From positions 1,248,001 through 1,312,000 of the forward strand of contig OZ244042.1 of the NCBI GenBank assembly GCA_965215015.1: DNA of 64,000 nt. The letters run 5' to 3'. The position numbers and the translations under genes were made by a program. This stretch comes from Candidatus Poribacteria bacterium (GTDB taxonomy: Bacteria; Poribacteria; WGA-4E; PCPOR2b). This document shows positions 10,514 through 21,300 of the stretch, piece after piece; positions within the stretch are counted from its first letter, which is position 1; each line of letters begins with the position of its first letter. Under the pieces are notes generated by a model. It was not told the origin of the DNA. It made no database searches and was given only the letters and a program-made list of their open reading frames with translations.

Positions 10514-10654
10514 AATGTACCTCCAAAAAAAGAACTGAATCATTGAGCAAGCCAAAACAAGCAAAAGTTTAGCAGCCGTTAAATTTTATGTCAATGATTT
10601 TCCTGCTCCTGACGGCGAGTTTGTCAATAACCCTAACGGTACAGAAGATTGATG

Positions 10655-11830
10655 TCACAACGAATTTTCCTGCCCGCTGCACCAGATTTCATAAGGATTT
10701 TCTCGGTTCTTGAGTGGGAAGGATACCCGTGTTCTCAGGCGTTGGGACTCATGGACTGCCATAATCATCTCCAATACTGCGCGCGCATCTGCCCCACTGG
10801 AAACGGTGATCACCTCACGATCCTCCTCAATGGCTTGAATCAGCTCTTGCACAATCATCTGGTTACTGAGGTGCATCTGCTCTTGACCCGACCGGCTTGT
10901 GCCATCTGGTTGTTTCTCCCACTCCTCCAGAAGGATACGCTCCCATTCCCCCTCCCCCGGGATCCATAGTCCGTGAGGATAGAGATACATCTCGCCGCTG
11001 GGGGAGTTTCGCAGCGAGATAATTCCCTCAGTGCCGTAAACCTCAAAGCCAAACCAGCGGCTGCTTGAGTGGTTGCCGGAGGGATTCCCTCTGTATGATT
11101 CATAGTGGGCGGTGATTCCGTTCTCGAAGACGTAATACGCCGCCAGACCGTTCCCAGCCAGCCAGCCAACCCCCTCGTCTCCCTCTCGGATATCTGGGGG
11201 TGTGACCTCCCGCCCATCTTGAGTTACATGCCCATGTGCCCATGCGACATCGGCACCGGCAAAATACCGTATGCTATCCAGCATGTGCGTTCCCAACACC
11301 ATCAGGTCCATGGCGCCCGCCCGCTGATCGGCTTTGCCGTGACCGCGCAGCACCTGAATCTCTCCAATTACACCTTCATCGACCAATTTCTTGGCGTGTT
11401 GTTCGTAGGCACACGCCCGCCGATGTGCAACGGCTATCTTCACCCCGTTGCGATCGCAGGCTTCCATCATGGCGTCGGCTTCCGCTAGAGTTCGGGCGAA
11501 TGGCTTCTCGCACAAAATTCCTTTCACGCCGGCGTTGGCGCAGGCGATAACCATCTCCGCATGGCAGTCGATCCAACGCGGGCCGACGCTCACCAAGTCT
11601 AGGTTCTCCTTTTCCAGCATTTCGCGGTAGTCTTGGTAGAGCCGCTCTGCTCCGGTTCGTTCTCCAGCCGCCCGAAGTCCCTCCGGGTCTGAATCGGCGA
11701 TAGAAACGAACTGCACATCCGAAAGCCCTTCAATGGAATCGGGAGGAATCTGAAATGCTACATCGAGACCGTGGCCATAATCGCCCTTGCCCGTCCTGCC
11801 AATAGCTCCTGCGCGATACGTTGTCTTCAT
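10655..11830 (-). CDS. Gfo/Idh/MocA family oxidoreductase
   Basis: N-terminal Rossmann region, LCEKPF motif, GTHMLD. Confidence 0.88.
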   Translation of the reverse strand: MKTTYRAGAIGRTGKGDYGHGLDVAFQIPPDSIEGLSDVQFVSIADSDPEGLRAAGERTGAERLYQDYREMLEKENLDLVSVGPRWIDCHAEMVIACANAGVKGILCEKPFARTLAEADAMMEACDRNGVKIAVAHRRACAYEQHAKKLVDEGVIGEIQVLRGHGKADQRAGAMDLMVLGTHMLDSIRYFAGADVAWAHGHVTQDGREVTPPDIREGDEGVGWLAGNGLAAYYVFENGITAHYESYRGNPSGNHSSSRWFGFEVYGTEGIISLRNSPSGEMYLYPHGLWIPGEGEWERILLEEWEKQPDGTSRSGQEQMHLSNQMIVQELIQAIEEDREVITVSSGADARAVLEMIMAVHESQRLRTRVSFPLKNRENPYEIWCSGQENSL

Positions 11831-11896
11831 GGATCTTTCCTCATTAACGATTGAGAGGTCAAAACTTAGGTGGCATATACATGCTGTCTGGAGTAA

Positions 11897-12652
11897 CTAT
11901 TCAAACTGACGGTAATAAGCCGCTGCGGTTTCATGGTCAACCGTCTCGTCCGGTGTCATATCCAAGCGTTTATAAAGTTCTGCCCGTCCGCGCATGTCCG
12001 CGAGCAGCACCGCACGCGCGTGCACCGCAACCTGTTCAGCGAGTTCAATTGGCACAACGACGACACCATCGCCATCGCAACCGACAATGTCGCCGGGACG
12101 CACCTGTACCCCGCCACAGCCGATGGGGGTTTGGGCCTCTACCGCTTGAATACGACCGGGAATAATCGTGCGCCCACGCGCCCGGGAACATATCGGGGTC
12201 TGTTGGAGGATCAACTCGTCTGTGTCACGACAGTACCCATCCGTGATAATTCCAACCGCGCCCGACGCGATCATGTTCAAGCTGTTGGCAGACCCCCAAA
12301 AACCGACTTCACGGGCACCGCCTGTAGCTGTTACGATGGCGTGTCCCGGCTGGATCTGATCGCGATAACTGATGTTCCCAACTTCGTTAAACCAGACCCC
12401 GTGCGCTCGAACAACCGCTTCGGTAGTATCCAGCTTCCACATCGGACGGTTGGCGGGGATACAACGAAGGGTGAAAGCAACGCCCCAGAATCTCATACCG
12501 TGCCAGAGCGGGCGAACTTCAGGGGCCATCAACCCGGTGTCGAAGTGCCCAACCCCGTCCATTCCATCGCAGACATCGGCGACACGGAGATATTTGTACA
12601 GTTTACGTAATTCAAATGGGTCTATATTGTGCGTTGATTCGGTGGTATGCAT
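11897..12652 (-). CDS. RraA/HMG-aldolase family protein
   Basis: VADVCDGMD, FWGSANS, TDGYCRDTDE, VRPGDIVGCDGDGVVVVP; ATG at 12652 after GAGGAG. Confidence 0.85.
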   Translation of the reverse strand: MHTTESTHNIDPFELRKLYKYLRVADVCDGMDGVGHFDTGLMAPEVRPLWHGMRFWGVAFTLRCIPANRPMWKLDTTEAVVRAHGVWFNEVGNISYRDQIQPGHAIVTATGGAREVGFWGSANSLNMIASGAVGIITDGYCRDTDELILQQTPICSRARGRTIIPGRIQAVEAQTPIGCGGVQVRPGDIVGCDGDGVVVVPIELAEQVAVHARAVLLADMRGRAELYKRLDMTPDETVDHETAAAYYRQFE

Positions 12653-12985
12653 GATATATAGCTCCTCAAAGTGGCGGTGTGGCAGTGCCGTGAATTCGAT
12701 CTGTCTGTCCCTTTTCATCGGATATGTGCGATCTCGCGGTTATACAATTCTCCGCGATGAAACCAATACCGTTATGGCTTATATTAAGAAATGGTGCAAC
12801 AGAAACCGAGTAAAAAAAACTGGGGTTCAAATACCAATCATGTCCTACTATGGTGTTTGGTGAATTGAGCCAAAGTTGTTGCGCGATGTCCCGGCTATCT
12901 TTGCACTTTCTGTTAACGTGAGCCTCCACCTATTATAGCACTTTTGTTTGAAAAATTAACAGGTCTTTAGTTGACTGGACGCATA

Positions 12986-14458
12986 TCAATCCAAATAATC
13001 CATCTCCGGCAGCAAATTCCATCGGTGCTGCTCTGCGGGTTCCGTTCGGCGACCCCAATCCGCTAGAATCTTCGTATCCGCGCGTTTTGCATCCATTTTT
13101 GCTGCGACGACCTCCGGATTCCAACCGTCCAGTACCTGCTGTATCAATGTCTCCAAAACCTCTCGGCATGTTGCATCTTCCGCCCGATCATGCAGCTCAG
13201 CCGGATCCTCCTTTAGGTTGAAGAGTTGGGGCGGGTATCCATGGTAGTAATTCAGCTTCCAATCGCCACTTCGGAGCATCCGGTGGTAGCAGCCCTCGTC
13301 AGTGCAATACTCCGAGAAGGCGATGTCCTCCCACTCCCTTCCTTTCTCCCGCAAAAGCGGGAGTACACTTCTACCACGAGAATTTGGCAAAGCTGGCGCG
13401 TTGAGTGTATCTAACATCGTTGCATTTAGGTCTAAAGAACTAATCACCCTATCGCATCTCACACCTTTGGACAGCACACCAGGCCATGAAAGGATGGTAG
13501 GAACTCTCACCGAATCCTCATAGAAGGTCTGCTTCCACCAAAGCCCATGCTCCCCCACCTGCTCGCCGTGATCGGACATATAGAGGATAATGGTGTTCTC
13601 CGCCAAATCGTTTTCTTGGAGCGCAGTCAAAATCTCGCCGATCATCCGGTCCATCCGCGTGACCAACGCCCAATACGCTGTCCGCGCCCTGAGAATCTCC
13701 GCATCGGAAACCTCAACGATGCCACACCGTTCTCGCCACCATCGAAAATAAGGGTGCAACGCATCGGAGAAGGGTTCAGGGTGTTTCGGGAGCGTCATTG
13801 CTCCATCGTAGAGGTCATAATCCTCCCGCCGTGCCACAAAAGGTTGATGAGGCAGCATGAACCCGACGGAGATACTGAATGGTTCGTCCAATACTCCTGC
13901 CCGTTTTCGGACGCCGAGACGGTTCAAATAGTCCACTGTCGCAACGGTTACATCTTCGTCATGAACCTGATACGCGCTTTGACCGGGGCCCGACTTTTCG
14001 AGACTCACGCGCGCGGGCCCCGCCGTGCCCGTAAGCGTTCCATGATCAACGCCTTTCCCGCCGAGATAGTTGGAACCGTGATCTCCGACTAACCGTTCAG
14101 CGTAACCGTGTAACTGATCCGGCCCTAGCGAGTGCATCCGACCAATCAGGACCGGGCGGTAACCAGCTGCCCCCATTGCGTGTGCAAAAGTCGGGCTCCC
14201 GGGGTCAAGGATGTGGTTGTTCGTCCAAACCTCGTTTTCGTAAGGGTAGCGTCCGTTCAACATCGACATCCGCGAAGGGACACAAATTGGGGAGGGACAG
14301 TAAACATTATCAAATACGACACCCCGCGCTGCCAGTCCATCCAGATTCGGCGTCTGCACCAATGGATCGCCGTAACAACCGGTCACAGCGGGGTTGTGCT
14401 GGTCGGAATGGATGTACAGCAGATTGGGACGTTGGGTCAAAGAGTCTTGATTGTCCAT
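12986..14458 (-). CDS. Sulfatase (choline-sulfatase-like)
   Basis: PNLLYIHSDQH, CVPSR formylglycine motif, GRMH, SDHGE, PQLFNLKEDP. Confidence 0.92.
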   Translation of the reverse strand: MDNQDSLTQRPNLLYIHSDQHNPAVTGCYGDPLVQTPNLDGLAARGVVFDNVYCPSPICVPSRMSMLNGRYPYENEVWTNNHILDPGSPTFAHAMGAAGYRPVLIGRMHSLGPDQLHGYAERLVGDHGSNYLGGKGVDHGTLTGTAGPARVSLEKSGPGQSAYQVHDEDVTVATVDYLNRLGVRKRAGVLDEPFSISVGFMLPHQPFVARREDYDLYDGAMTLPKHPEPFSDALHPYFRWWRERCGIVEVSDAEILRARTAYWALVTRMDRMIGEILTALQENDLAENTIILYMSDHGEQVGEHGLWWKQTFYEDSVRVPTILSWPGVLSKGVRCDRVISSLDLNATMLDTLNAPALPNSRGRSVLPLLREKGREWEDIAFSEYCTDEGCYHRMLRSGDWKLNYYHGYPPQLFNLKEDPAELHDRAEDATCREVLETLIQQVLDGWNPEVVAAKMDAKRADTKILADWGRRTEPAEQHRWNLLPEMDYLD

Positions 14459-14473
14459 AAACACCTCATTTCA

Positions 14474-14528
14474 GTAGGGGCAGGTCTTGTGCCTGCTCGA
14501 TAGGGGCAACCCTACGGGTTGCCCCTAC
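14474..14528. repeat. GTAG-type REP doublet (BIME-like)
   Basis: GTAGGGGCAGGTCTTGTGCCTGC followed by TAGGGGCAACCCTACGGGTTGCCCCTAC. Confidence 0.7.
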
Positions 14529-14564
14529 ATAGCATATCTTTGATCGAAAGGCAACGGAGCCAAG

Positions 14565-15035
14565 TTATAATCGCCGCAAAAGTGCTGATAGGAAGATTAC
14601 GATTAGTCCCAAGATGAGCGTCAAATTCAACCACGGCGCGGGACGTTTCTGAATCGGTGCAAAAACAGGATAGGGGAACGTCAGCAACACACCAAAGGTA
14701 AATATGATAAAGACGATAAAGAGTTTAACCCCCAATACAAGGATATATATGGAAAGGTCCTCAACAGGTTCTTTGGGGAGATCCTGAGACAGAGACCCCG
14801 TTGACCTCAGGAAGGCAATAAAATTGTAAACGCCTGAAAACAGAATTGTCAGCAGCGCACTCCAGATAACGACCCTGAATCGGCGAAATGCTGCTTCTAG
14901 GAGTTTGGGTTGCTGGTTTTCGGGAAGCACTTTGGCAGAAGGCAGCAGAATGACGCGGAGAAAGAAAAAACCGCCAATCAACAGCACAACCGATCCGACG
15001 TGAATCCATTGTATCAAAGCAGATAGGAATGCCAT
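14565..15035 (-). CDS. Four-helix membrane protein, CopD-like
   Basis: WIHVGSVVLLIGG, SGVYN, LGVKLF; four hydrophobic segments. Confidence 0.7.
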   Translation of the reverse strand: MAFLSALIQWIHVGSVVLLIGGFFFLRVILLPSAKVLPENQQPKLLEAAFRRFRVVIWSALLTILFSGVYNFIAFLRSTGSLSQDLPKEPVEDLSIYILVLGVKLFIVFIIFTFGVLLTFPYPVFAPIQKRPAPWLNLTLILGLIVIFLSALLRRL

Positions 15036-15076
15036 AGGTTTTGGTATGTTGAGTCAAGCGGGCCGTGAATAAACCA

Positions 15077-16297
15077 TCACTGTATCTGTGTTTGACTACG
15101 CTGTCCCCAGCCCCCCACTACGCCTGCGCCGAGAAGTAACAGTAGCCCCATTGACCAAAACATCGGTGAGAAATCAAGCCACTGAATTAGGAATCCCCCC
15201 AAGATCGGACCGACAACCTTACCTGCATTTTTGAGGGTGCCAATGAGCCCCATCCCCGCGCCGATGTGCAGTGCACTAATTTGCGTGGATACGAGGGCGA
15301 CCGTGGCGGGAAACACCAGAGCTTGGGCACCACCAATCAACACCGCCAGGGCCATCAAACCCCAAACACGATTTGTCAATGTAACTAAGGGGAGCGCGAT
15401 TCCCATGAGACCCATGCCTAGGCATATCGCCCCGAAATACCCCAAGCGATCGCCTGCCCTGCCCCCAATAGGCTTTAAGGCGGTATGCACCCCCTCCTGT
15501 GCCGAGAAGAAAGCCCCTACCCAGGCAACACTAATCCTTGTAGACAGGGCGTAGATGGGCAGAAATGCTTTGACAGCGTAGAGCGCAATAAACACGGACG
15601 CTTCTAGACCGCCCGATAGCCAGACAGATGGCGTGTGTGTGCCAGATTTTAGAGCATGGATAATCTGTTGACGGATGGGAAGGTTGACGATTTTGATACG
15701 CGGGGCAGGCTCTGAGAGTAATAGAATCGGGACAAAAGCGAGGCAACTGAACAATCCGATGATGGTAAAAACATTGACAGGACTCACCTCTGCGACTAAT
15801 AGCCAGCCCGCAGCCGCGGGCCCGACAATATAACCGGCACTGCGAGCCATGCCGAACCAACCCAACTTCTCCGCCAGCCGGTCTTTTGCACCTTCCGCCA
15901 CGAAGGCGAGGGTCACGGGACCGTAAATGGCTGTGGCTAAACCATGGATAATGCGTATGCCAAACAACTCTGCCGGGGTGTGGACAAAGCGATACAAAAA
16001 GGGCATACCAGCAAAAAACACGGTACCAACAATCAGCCACCAACGTCGGCCCCAGCGGTCAGAAAGCATCCCAATCGCTGGCTTGAGAACCATGCCGGTC
16101 AGGGTCGAAACAGAGACAATAAACCCAAGAAACGCATCGGTCGCGCCCAGCGTCATTGCGAAAATCGGCAGGAGCGGCGTCTTTCCCATCTGATAGGCGG
16201 AGCGCACGATAAAATCAGCACCCGTGATGCTGATAAAATTAAGGGGGGGCTTCATTGCCATGTTTAAGGTAGGGGTGTGTAAGTTAAGTTGACGCAT
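15077..16297 (-). CDS. Major facilitator superfamily transporter
   Basis: GMLSDRWGRR motif A, RIIHGL, GRAGDRLG; about 12 hydrophobic segments. Confidence 0.92.
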   Translation of the reverse strand: MRQLNLHTPTLNMAMKPPLNFISITGADFIVRSAYQMGKTPLLPIFAMTLGATDAFLGFIVSVSTLTGMVLKPAIGMLSDRWGRRWWLIVGTVFFAGMPFLYRFVHTPAELFGIRIIHGLATAIYGPVTLAFVAEGAKDRLAEKLGWFGMARSAGYIVGPAAAGWLLVAEVSPVNVFTIIGLFSCLAFVPILLLSEPAPRIKIVNLPIRQQIIHALKSGTHTPSVWLSGGLEASVFIALYAVKAFLPIYALSTRISVAWVGAFFSAQEGVHTALKPIGGRAGDRLGYFGAICLGMGLMGIALPLVTLTNRVWGLMALAVLIGGAQALVFPATVALVSTQISALHIGAGMGLIGTLKNAGKVVGPILGGFLIQWLDFSPMFWSMGLLLLLGAGVVGGWGQRSQTQIQ

Positions 16298-16461
16298 CAG
16301 CAGAGATAAAAATTTTGTGCGATTTAATCAGCCGTACGAGAAACAGAAGACAGCTGCTGGGGGGGTTGAAATGGTTTTGAGTTTTCCACCGGATAGGGGC
16401 GTTACCCTCTCAGAAGAAGTGGTAAGTCCATCTTCGGATGGAACAAGTAAGAATCTTGTTC

Positions 16462-16486
16462 GTAGTAGTGCAATTTATTGCACGTC
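16462..16486 (+). repeat. GTAG-type REP element
   Basis: GTAGTAGTGCAATTTATTGCACGTC; homologous to GTAGTAGCGCAATTCATTGCGCGTC near 47771 and 52021. Confidence 0.7.
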
Positions 16487-16542
16487 TCTTAATTCCCCTC
16501 TCAAAGAACCAAGTAAGCCTCCCACTCCTTAAAAAACCAACA

Positions 16543-16938
16543 TCAACTATCGTTGGCTCTTGGTGTTCGGCCATGATGTGTTAAGTGGTCTATATGGTTC
16601 TGGTTAAGTTGTCGGATGCTCGCTTCTATATCCGATAGACGTTGATTCATCTCAGTAAAACGCTGATTCATTTCGGTTTGCATATCAGACAAACGCTGAT
16701 TCATTTCGGCTTGCATATCGGATAGCCGCTTATCCATCCGGTCTTCGAGGCGTTCAAAGGCGTGAAAGAATATCTCGCCTTGCTCTTTGAGTGCTTGCTT
16801 AAAATCGTCCCCTTGCTTTTCCAACCGTTCGGTTGTCTGTTTCAAACGTGCAAGGATAGCGATGGTTTGTCCAACAATAGTTGCAATAGCAAGCGCGGCT
16901 ATAATCAGATGCGTCGGGCTCCAGTCTGTAAATTGCAT
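16543..16938 (-). CDS. Membrane-anchored coiled-coil repeat protein, copy 1 (131 aa)
   Basis: MQFTDWSPTHLIIAALAIATIVG hydrophobic segment, then RLSDMQAEMNQ (11-aa) and RFTEMNQ (7-aa) repeats; paralog at 17711-18202; exact start uncertain. Confidence 0.7.
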   Translation of the reverse strand: MQFTDWSPTHLIIAALAIATIVGQTIAILARLKQTTERLEKQGDDFKQALKEQGEIFFHAFERLEDRMDKRLSDMQAEMNQRLSDMQTEMNQRFTEMNQRLSDIEASIRQLNQNHIDHLTHHGRTPRANDS

Positions 16939-17255
16939 TGTGTCTGTGAGTGGCTCGGCATAGCGAGTCTCTAACAGTCCTCCTTTCCGTGATTTCTTCC
17001 GCTCTTTGATTCGCTTGTTTTCTCGAATCAATTAAGCGGGGCAATTCGTTTTTGATGCATGTGCGAATGATACGGATTTTCAGCACGCCGAAATGAGATT
17101 ATCCAACGCTTTTGTCTCACACTGTATTAAAAGACGCAAGCGATTTTACCGGACCGGTGTGAAGCCACGTTGATATTCGATAGAGGCTTCGCCCGTGCGA
17201 AATATGTGATAAAGTTTCAAAAAGGCACAACAGATTCCGTTTATCATCCGCGTGT

Positions 17256-17690
17256 ATTGATTGCACGTCTCTTAATTCCCCTGCTCGCTTCTATATCCGA
17301 TAGGTGCTGATTCATCTCAGTCAATGTAACAATTAAGGATCTTGTTCGTAGTAGTGGAATTGATTGCACGTCTCTTAATTCCCCTGCTCGCTTCTATATC
17401 CGATAGGTGTTGATTCATCTCAGTAAATGGAACAAGTAAGAATCTTGTTTGTAGTAGTGGAATTGATTGCACGTCTCTTAATTCCCCTGCTCGCTTCTAT
17501 ATCCGATAGGTGTTGATTCATCTCAGTAAATGGAACAAGTAAGAATCTTGTTTGTAGTAGTGGAATTGATTGCACGTCTCTTAATTCCCCTGCTCGCTTC
17601 TATATCCGATAGGTGTTGATTCATCTCAGTAAATGGAACAAGTAAGAATCTTGTTTGTAGTAGTGGAATTGATTGCACGTCTCTTAATCC
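17256..17690. repeat. Tandem array of 103-bp units (4 full + 1 partial)
   Basis: ATTGATTGCACGTCTC recurs at 17256, 17359, 17462, 17565, 17668; units 2-4 identical, unit 1 diverged. Confidence 0.95.
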
Positions 17691-17710
17691 CACTCCTTAA
17701 AAAACCAACA

Positions 17711-18202
17711 TCAACTATCGTTGGCTCTTGGTGTTCGGCCATGATGTGTTAAGTGGTCTATATGGTTCTGGTTAAGTTGTCGGATGCTCGCTTCTATATC
17801 CGATAGACGCTGATTCATCTCAGTAAAACGTTGATTCATCTCAGTAAAACGTTGGTTCGTTTCGGCTTGCATATCAGTAAAACGTTGATTCATCTCAGTA
17901 AAACGCTGATTTATCTCCGTAAAACGTTGATGCATTTCGGCTTGCATATCAGATAGCCGGATATTGGTTTCGGCCTGCATATCGGATAGCCGCTTATCCA
18001 TCCGGTCTTCGAGGCGTTCAAGGGCGTGAAAGAATGTCTCGCCTTGCTCTTTGAGGGCTTGCTTAAAATCGTCCCCTTGCTTTTCCAACCGTTCGGTTGT
18101 CTGTTTCAAACGTGCAAGGATAGCGATGGTTTGTCCAATAATAGTTGCAATAGCAAGCGCGGCTATAATCAGATGCGTCGGGCTCCAGTCTGTAAATTGC
18201 AT
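17711..18202 (-). CDS. Membrane-anchored coiled-coil repeat protein, copy 2 (163 aa)
   Basis: Same N- and C-termini as copy 1 with 32 extra residues of heptad/hendecad repeats; frame preserved. Confidence 0.72.
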   Translation of the reverse strand: MQFTDWSPTHLIIAALAIATIIGQTIAILARLKQTTERLEKQGDDFKQALKEQGETFFHALERLEDRMDKRLSDMQAETNIRLSDMQAEMHQRFTEINQRFTEMNQRFTDMQAETNQRFTEMNQRFTEMNQRLSDIEASIRQLNQNHIDHLTHHGRTPRANDS

Positions 18203-18375
18203 TGTGTCTGTGAGTGGCTCGGCATAGCGAGTCTCTAACAGTCCTCCTTTCCGTGATTTCTTCCAAAAATTATAAGCCCTTCAGGCTCAACCGTGGCGGG
18301 GCTTTCGGAAAACCTTCCCTCATTTCTTCCGCCCTCTGATTGGCGTTAAAGTTGGTGTGTTCAACTTCTGTAACA

Positions 18376-21300
18376 TTACGTCACAACCGCCGGTATATTG
18401 GCTTCGCTGATAAGGTCGTTAAAGGCAGCGACATCTTCCTCGATCACCGACTTGAGTTGATCCAATTGGGCATCGATCTGGCTTGACAGATCCTCAAAGA
18501 GCTCATAGGCCTGTTTCGGCGGAGCGAAGTCAGCAACCGACACAACACTAACTAATCCGGCAAGCTTACCGCTTAACATTGTAGGCAGCCGAAGTCGATC
18601 GCCGATGGTATCCGCTCCGGTCTGTATCAATTCCCCTTCGATGGTTTTCAGCTTTTCCTGTAAGGCTTCAGCGGCTTCGCGGATTGGCTCGGTAGTGATG
18701 TTCTCCGTCGCATCTACGCGTTTCTTCCACTCATTGACCTGTCGTTGTATTCGGCGGAGGTGATTGATTGCTTCATGTGTTTCCGAAAGCTTATCGCGAA
18801 TCTGGCTCCATAACTCAAACTGGGCATTGAAATCTACTTGGCTGGTTGTTACCCGTGGGTCTTTGCAAATCTCGAAGATCTGCGTCTGCGTCTGCTCACC
18901 AACCTTGAGTTGGACCTGATAGGTTCCCGGCGAGGCGAGCGGCCCATTCTTCGGCTTATCCGGTGACAGTTCCTGTTTGTCGTTCCGCGGCTCCGTCACC
19001 GCTTGTGAATCTGGATAGCGCATGTCCCACACAAAGCGATTCAAGCCCGCCTCCGCTGGAATGTAGTGGTCTTCCTTGGCGTCCGAGTTTGTTTCGTCAT
19101 CTTCAGCGTCGTCGGTGTCCTCCGGTTTAGTTGTGAAGGTTTTGATTGTTGCCCCACCCGCATCGAGGAACGTGATTTCGACGGAATCAGCGGGTGTATT
19201 TCCCAAGAGGTAGTAGACAATCACACCCTGCGGCGGTCCCTCTCCGGCATCAAGGAATCTACGCGTGCGTTCACCGTCAGGCGATTTCTCCAGGTAGAAG
19301 GTTGCGGCGGCACCCAACCCCATCAGGTAGTTCTTCCGTGTCTCGCTACGGAACATGCCCGCACCCCATTGTAGCCAACGGCGATAGGTGGCACGAGGCT
19401 CGAACAGGTGGAAAGAGGCATGCGCTGCTTCCGCTGTCAGTTGGCGTAGCGGTGTCACGTCGTCCAAAATCCAGAAAGATCTGCCGTGAGTGCCTGCGAC
19501 TAGATCGCCATCCTTAATCTTTAGGTCGTAGACCGGGACTACTGGGAGATTGTTTTGCAAGCGATGCCAATTTTCCCCGTCGTCCAGCGAGACATAAATT
19601 CCTGTTTCCGTGCCGACATAGAGGAGGCCCGATCGAACCGGATCCTCTCGAATGACGCGGGTAATCTCACCGTCGGGAAAGTTCCCACTGATTATACGCC
19701 AACTCCTCCCATAATTGTCCGTCTTGTACAGATAGGGTTGATAGTCATCCAGCTTGTATCGGGTGACAGCTACATGCGCGGTCGCCGGGTCATGTGGAGA
19801 GGCTTCTATATTGCTGATCAACGACCATTCAAGCAAATCCGGCGGGGTAATATTCTCCCAATGCTGCCCTCCATCTCTGGAGATGTGGATCAAGCCGTCA
19901 TCGCTGCCGGCCCAGAAGACGCCGGGCTCATGTGGAGATTCAACAAAGGCGTACACTGTCGCGTAATGTTCGGCACCGCTGGCATCTTTGGTGATGGGGC
20001 CCCCTGATGCTTCCAGTTTCGTTACGTCATTACGGGTCAGATCCGGGCTAATCGGCTCCCAACTGCTGCCTTCGTCCGTCGAGCGAAAGATTAGATTGCC
20101 CGCTGTATAGAGAATATTTGAATCGTGGGGCGAGAACGCGATGGGAAACGTCCAGGAGAAGCGATACTTGAGATCTTTCGGCCCCAAGCCGATATACTCT
20201 TCGGGCCACACATTGACCAATCGAATCTGGCGGGTACGATGGTCGTACCGCTGGAGTACCCCACTGCCCCCCGGCGAGCTACCTACCGCCCCGATGTAGG
20301 CGATATCGGGGTTGTCGGGATGAACCACGATGTCACCGCTCTCACCGGTGCCAACTGGATAACAATCAACCCAGTGAATACCACCATATTCGCTGGCACT
20401 TGGAACACTGATACTGGAATTATCCTGCTGTGTGGCGTAGACACGATAGGGGAATCGGTTGTCCGTGTCGATGCGATAGAACTGCGAGGTGAGTTGGTTA
20501 TAGATGGTTGTCCAGCTGGCACCTCCATTGAACGAAACACATGCACCGCCATCGTTACCCTCGATCATACGCTGCGGGTTGTGCGGATCAATCCACAAGT
20601 CGTGATTGTCGCCATGCGGGGTGGTAATCTCGGTGAAGGTATGCCCGCCATCGGTGGATTTCCACATCTTAAGGTTCAGGACATACACGGTCTCGGAGTC
20701 CTGTGGGTCAGGGAAGATGTGGCAGTAATAAAACGGACGATGCCACAGGTCGCGGTTAGCCGTTAATAGCTCCCACGTTTCACCGCCATCGTCGGATCGG
20801 TGCAGCCCTCCCTTTTCCGCTTCAACGATTGCCCAGACCCGATCAGACTTGGCGGGGGAGGCAGCAACGCCAATTTTGCCCTTGAGACCTCTGGGAAGGC
20901 CAGGGTTATCCGTGAGCTCCACCCAAGTATCGCCACCGTCGGTGGATTTATACAAGCTGCTGTCAGGCCCGCCGCTCGACAATTCCCAAAAATTGCGGTA
21001 GGTTTCCCATATCGCCGCGTAGAGAATGCGTGGGTTGTTGGAGTCCATTGCTAGATCAACCGCGCCCGCTTTTTCACTGCGAAACAAGATATTTTCCCAA
21101 GTTGCGCCACCATCCTTGGAACGAAACACACCCCGTTCCGCGTTTGGTCCAAAGGCGTGACCGAGAGCCGCGACATAGACCACATCGGGGTTCTGCGGGT
21201 GAATCCGAATTTTGCCGATATGCCGCGTCTCCGCCAATCCAACATTTGCCCATGTTTTACCGCCATCGGTAGACTTGTACACCCCATCGCCGTAAGAGAC

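Larger units (their letters stand above)
16520..18264. repeat. Direct duplication 16520-17000 / 17688-18264 carrying the coiled-coil gene
   Basis: Near-identical from TCCCACTCCTTAAAAAACC to CCGTGATTTCTTCC; the second copy has 96 extra bp of in-frame repeats. Confidence 0.92.

Noticed and set aside
17256-17690. CRISPR array
   Set aside because: Units are identical along their whole length (no unique spacers), the period is 103 bp, and there are no cas genes
16520-18264. Diversity-generating retroelement TR/VR pair
   Set aside because: No reverse transcriptase in the window; differences are repeat-number changes and mixed substitutions, not adenine-specific
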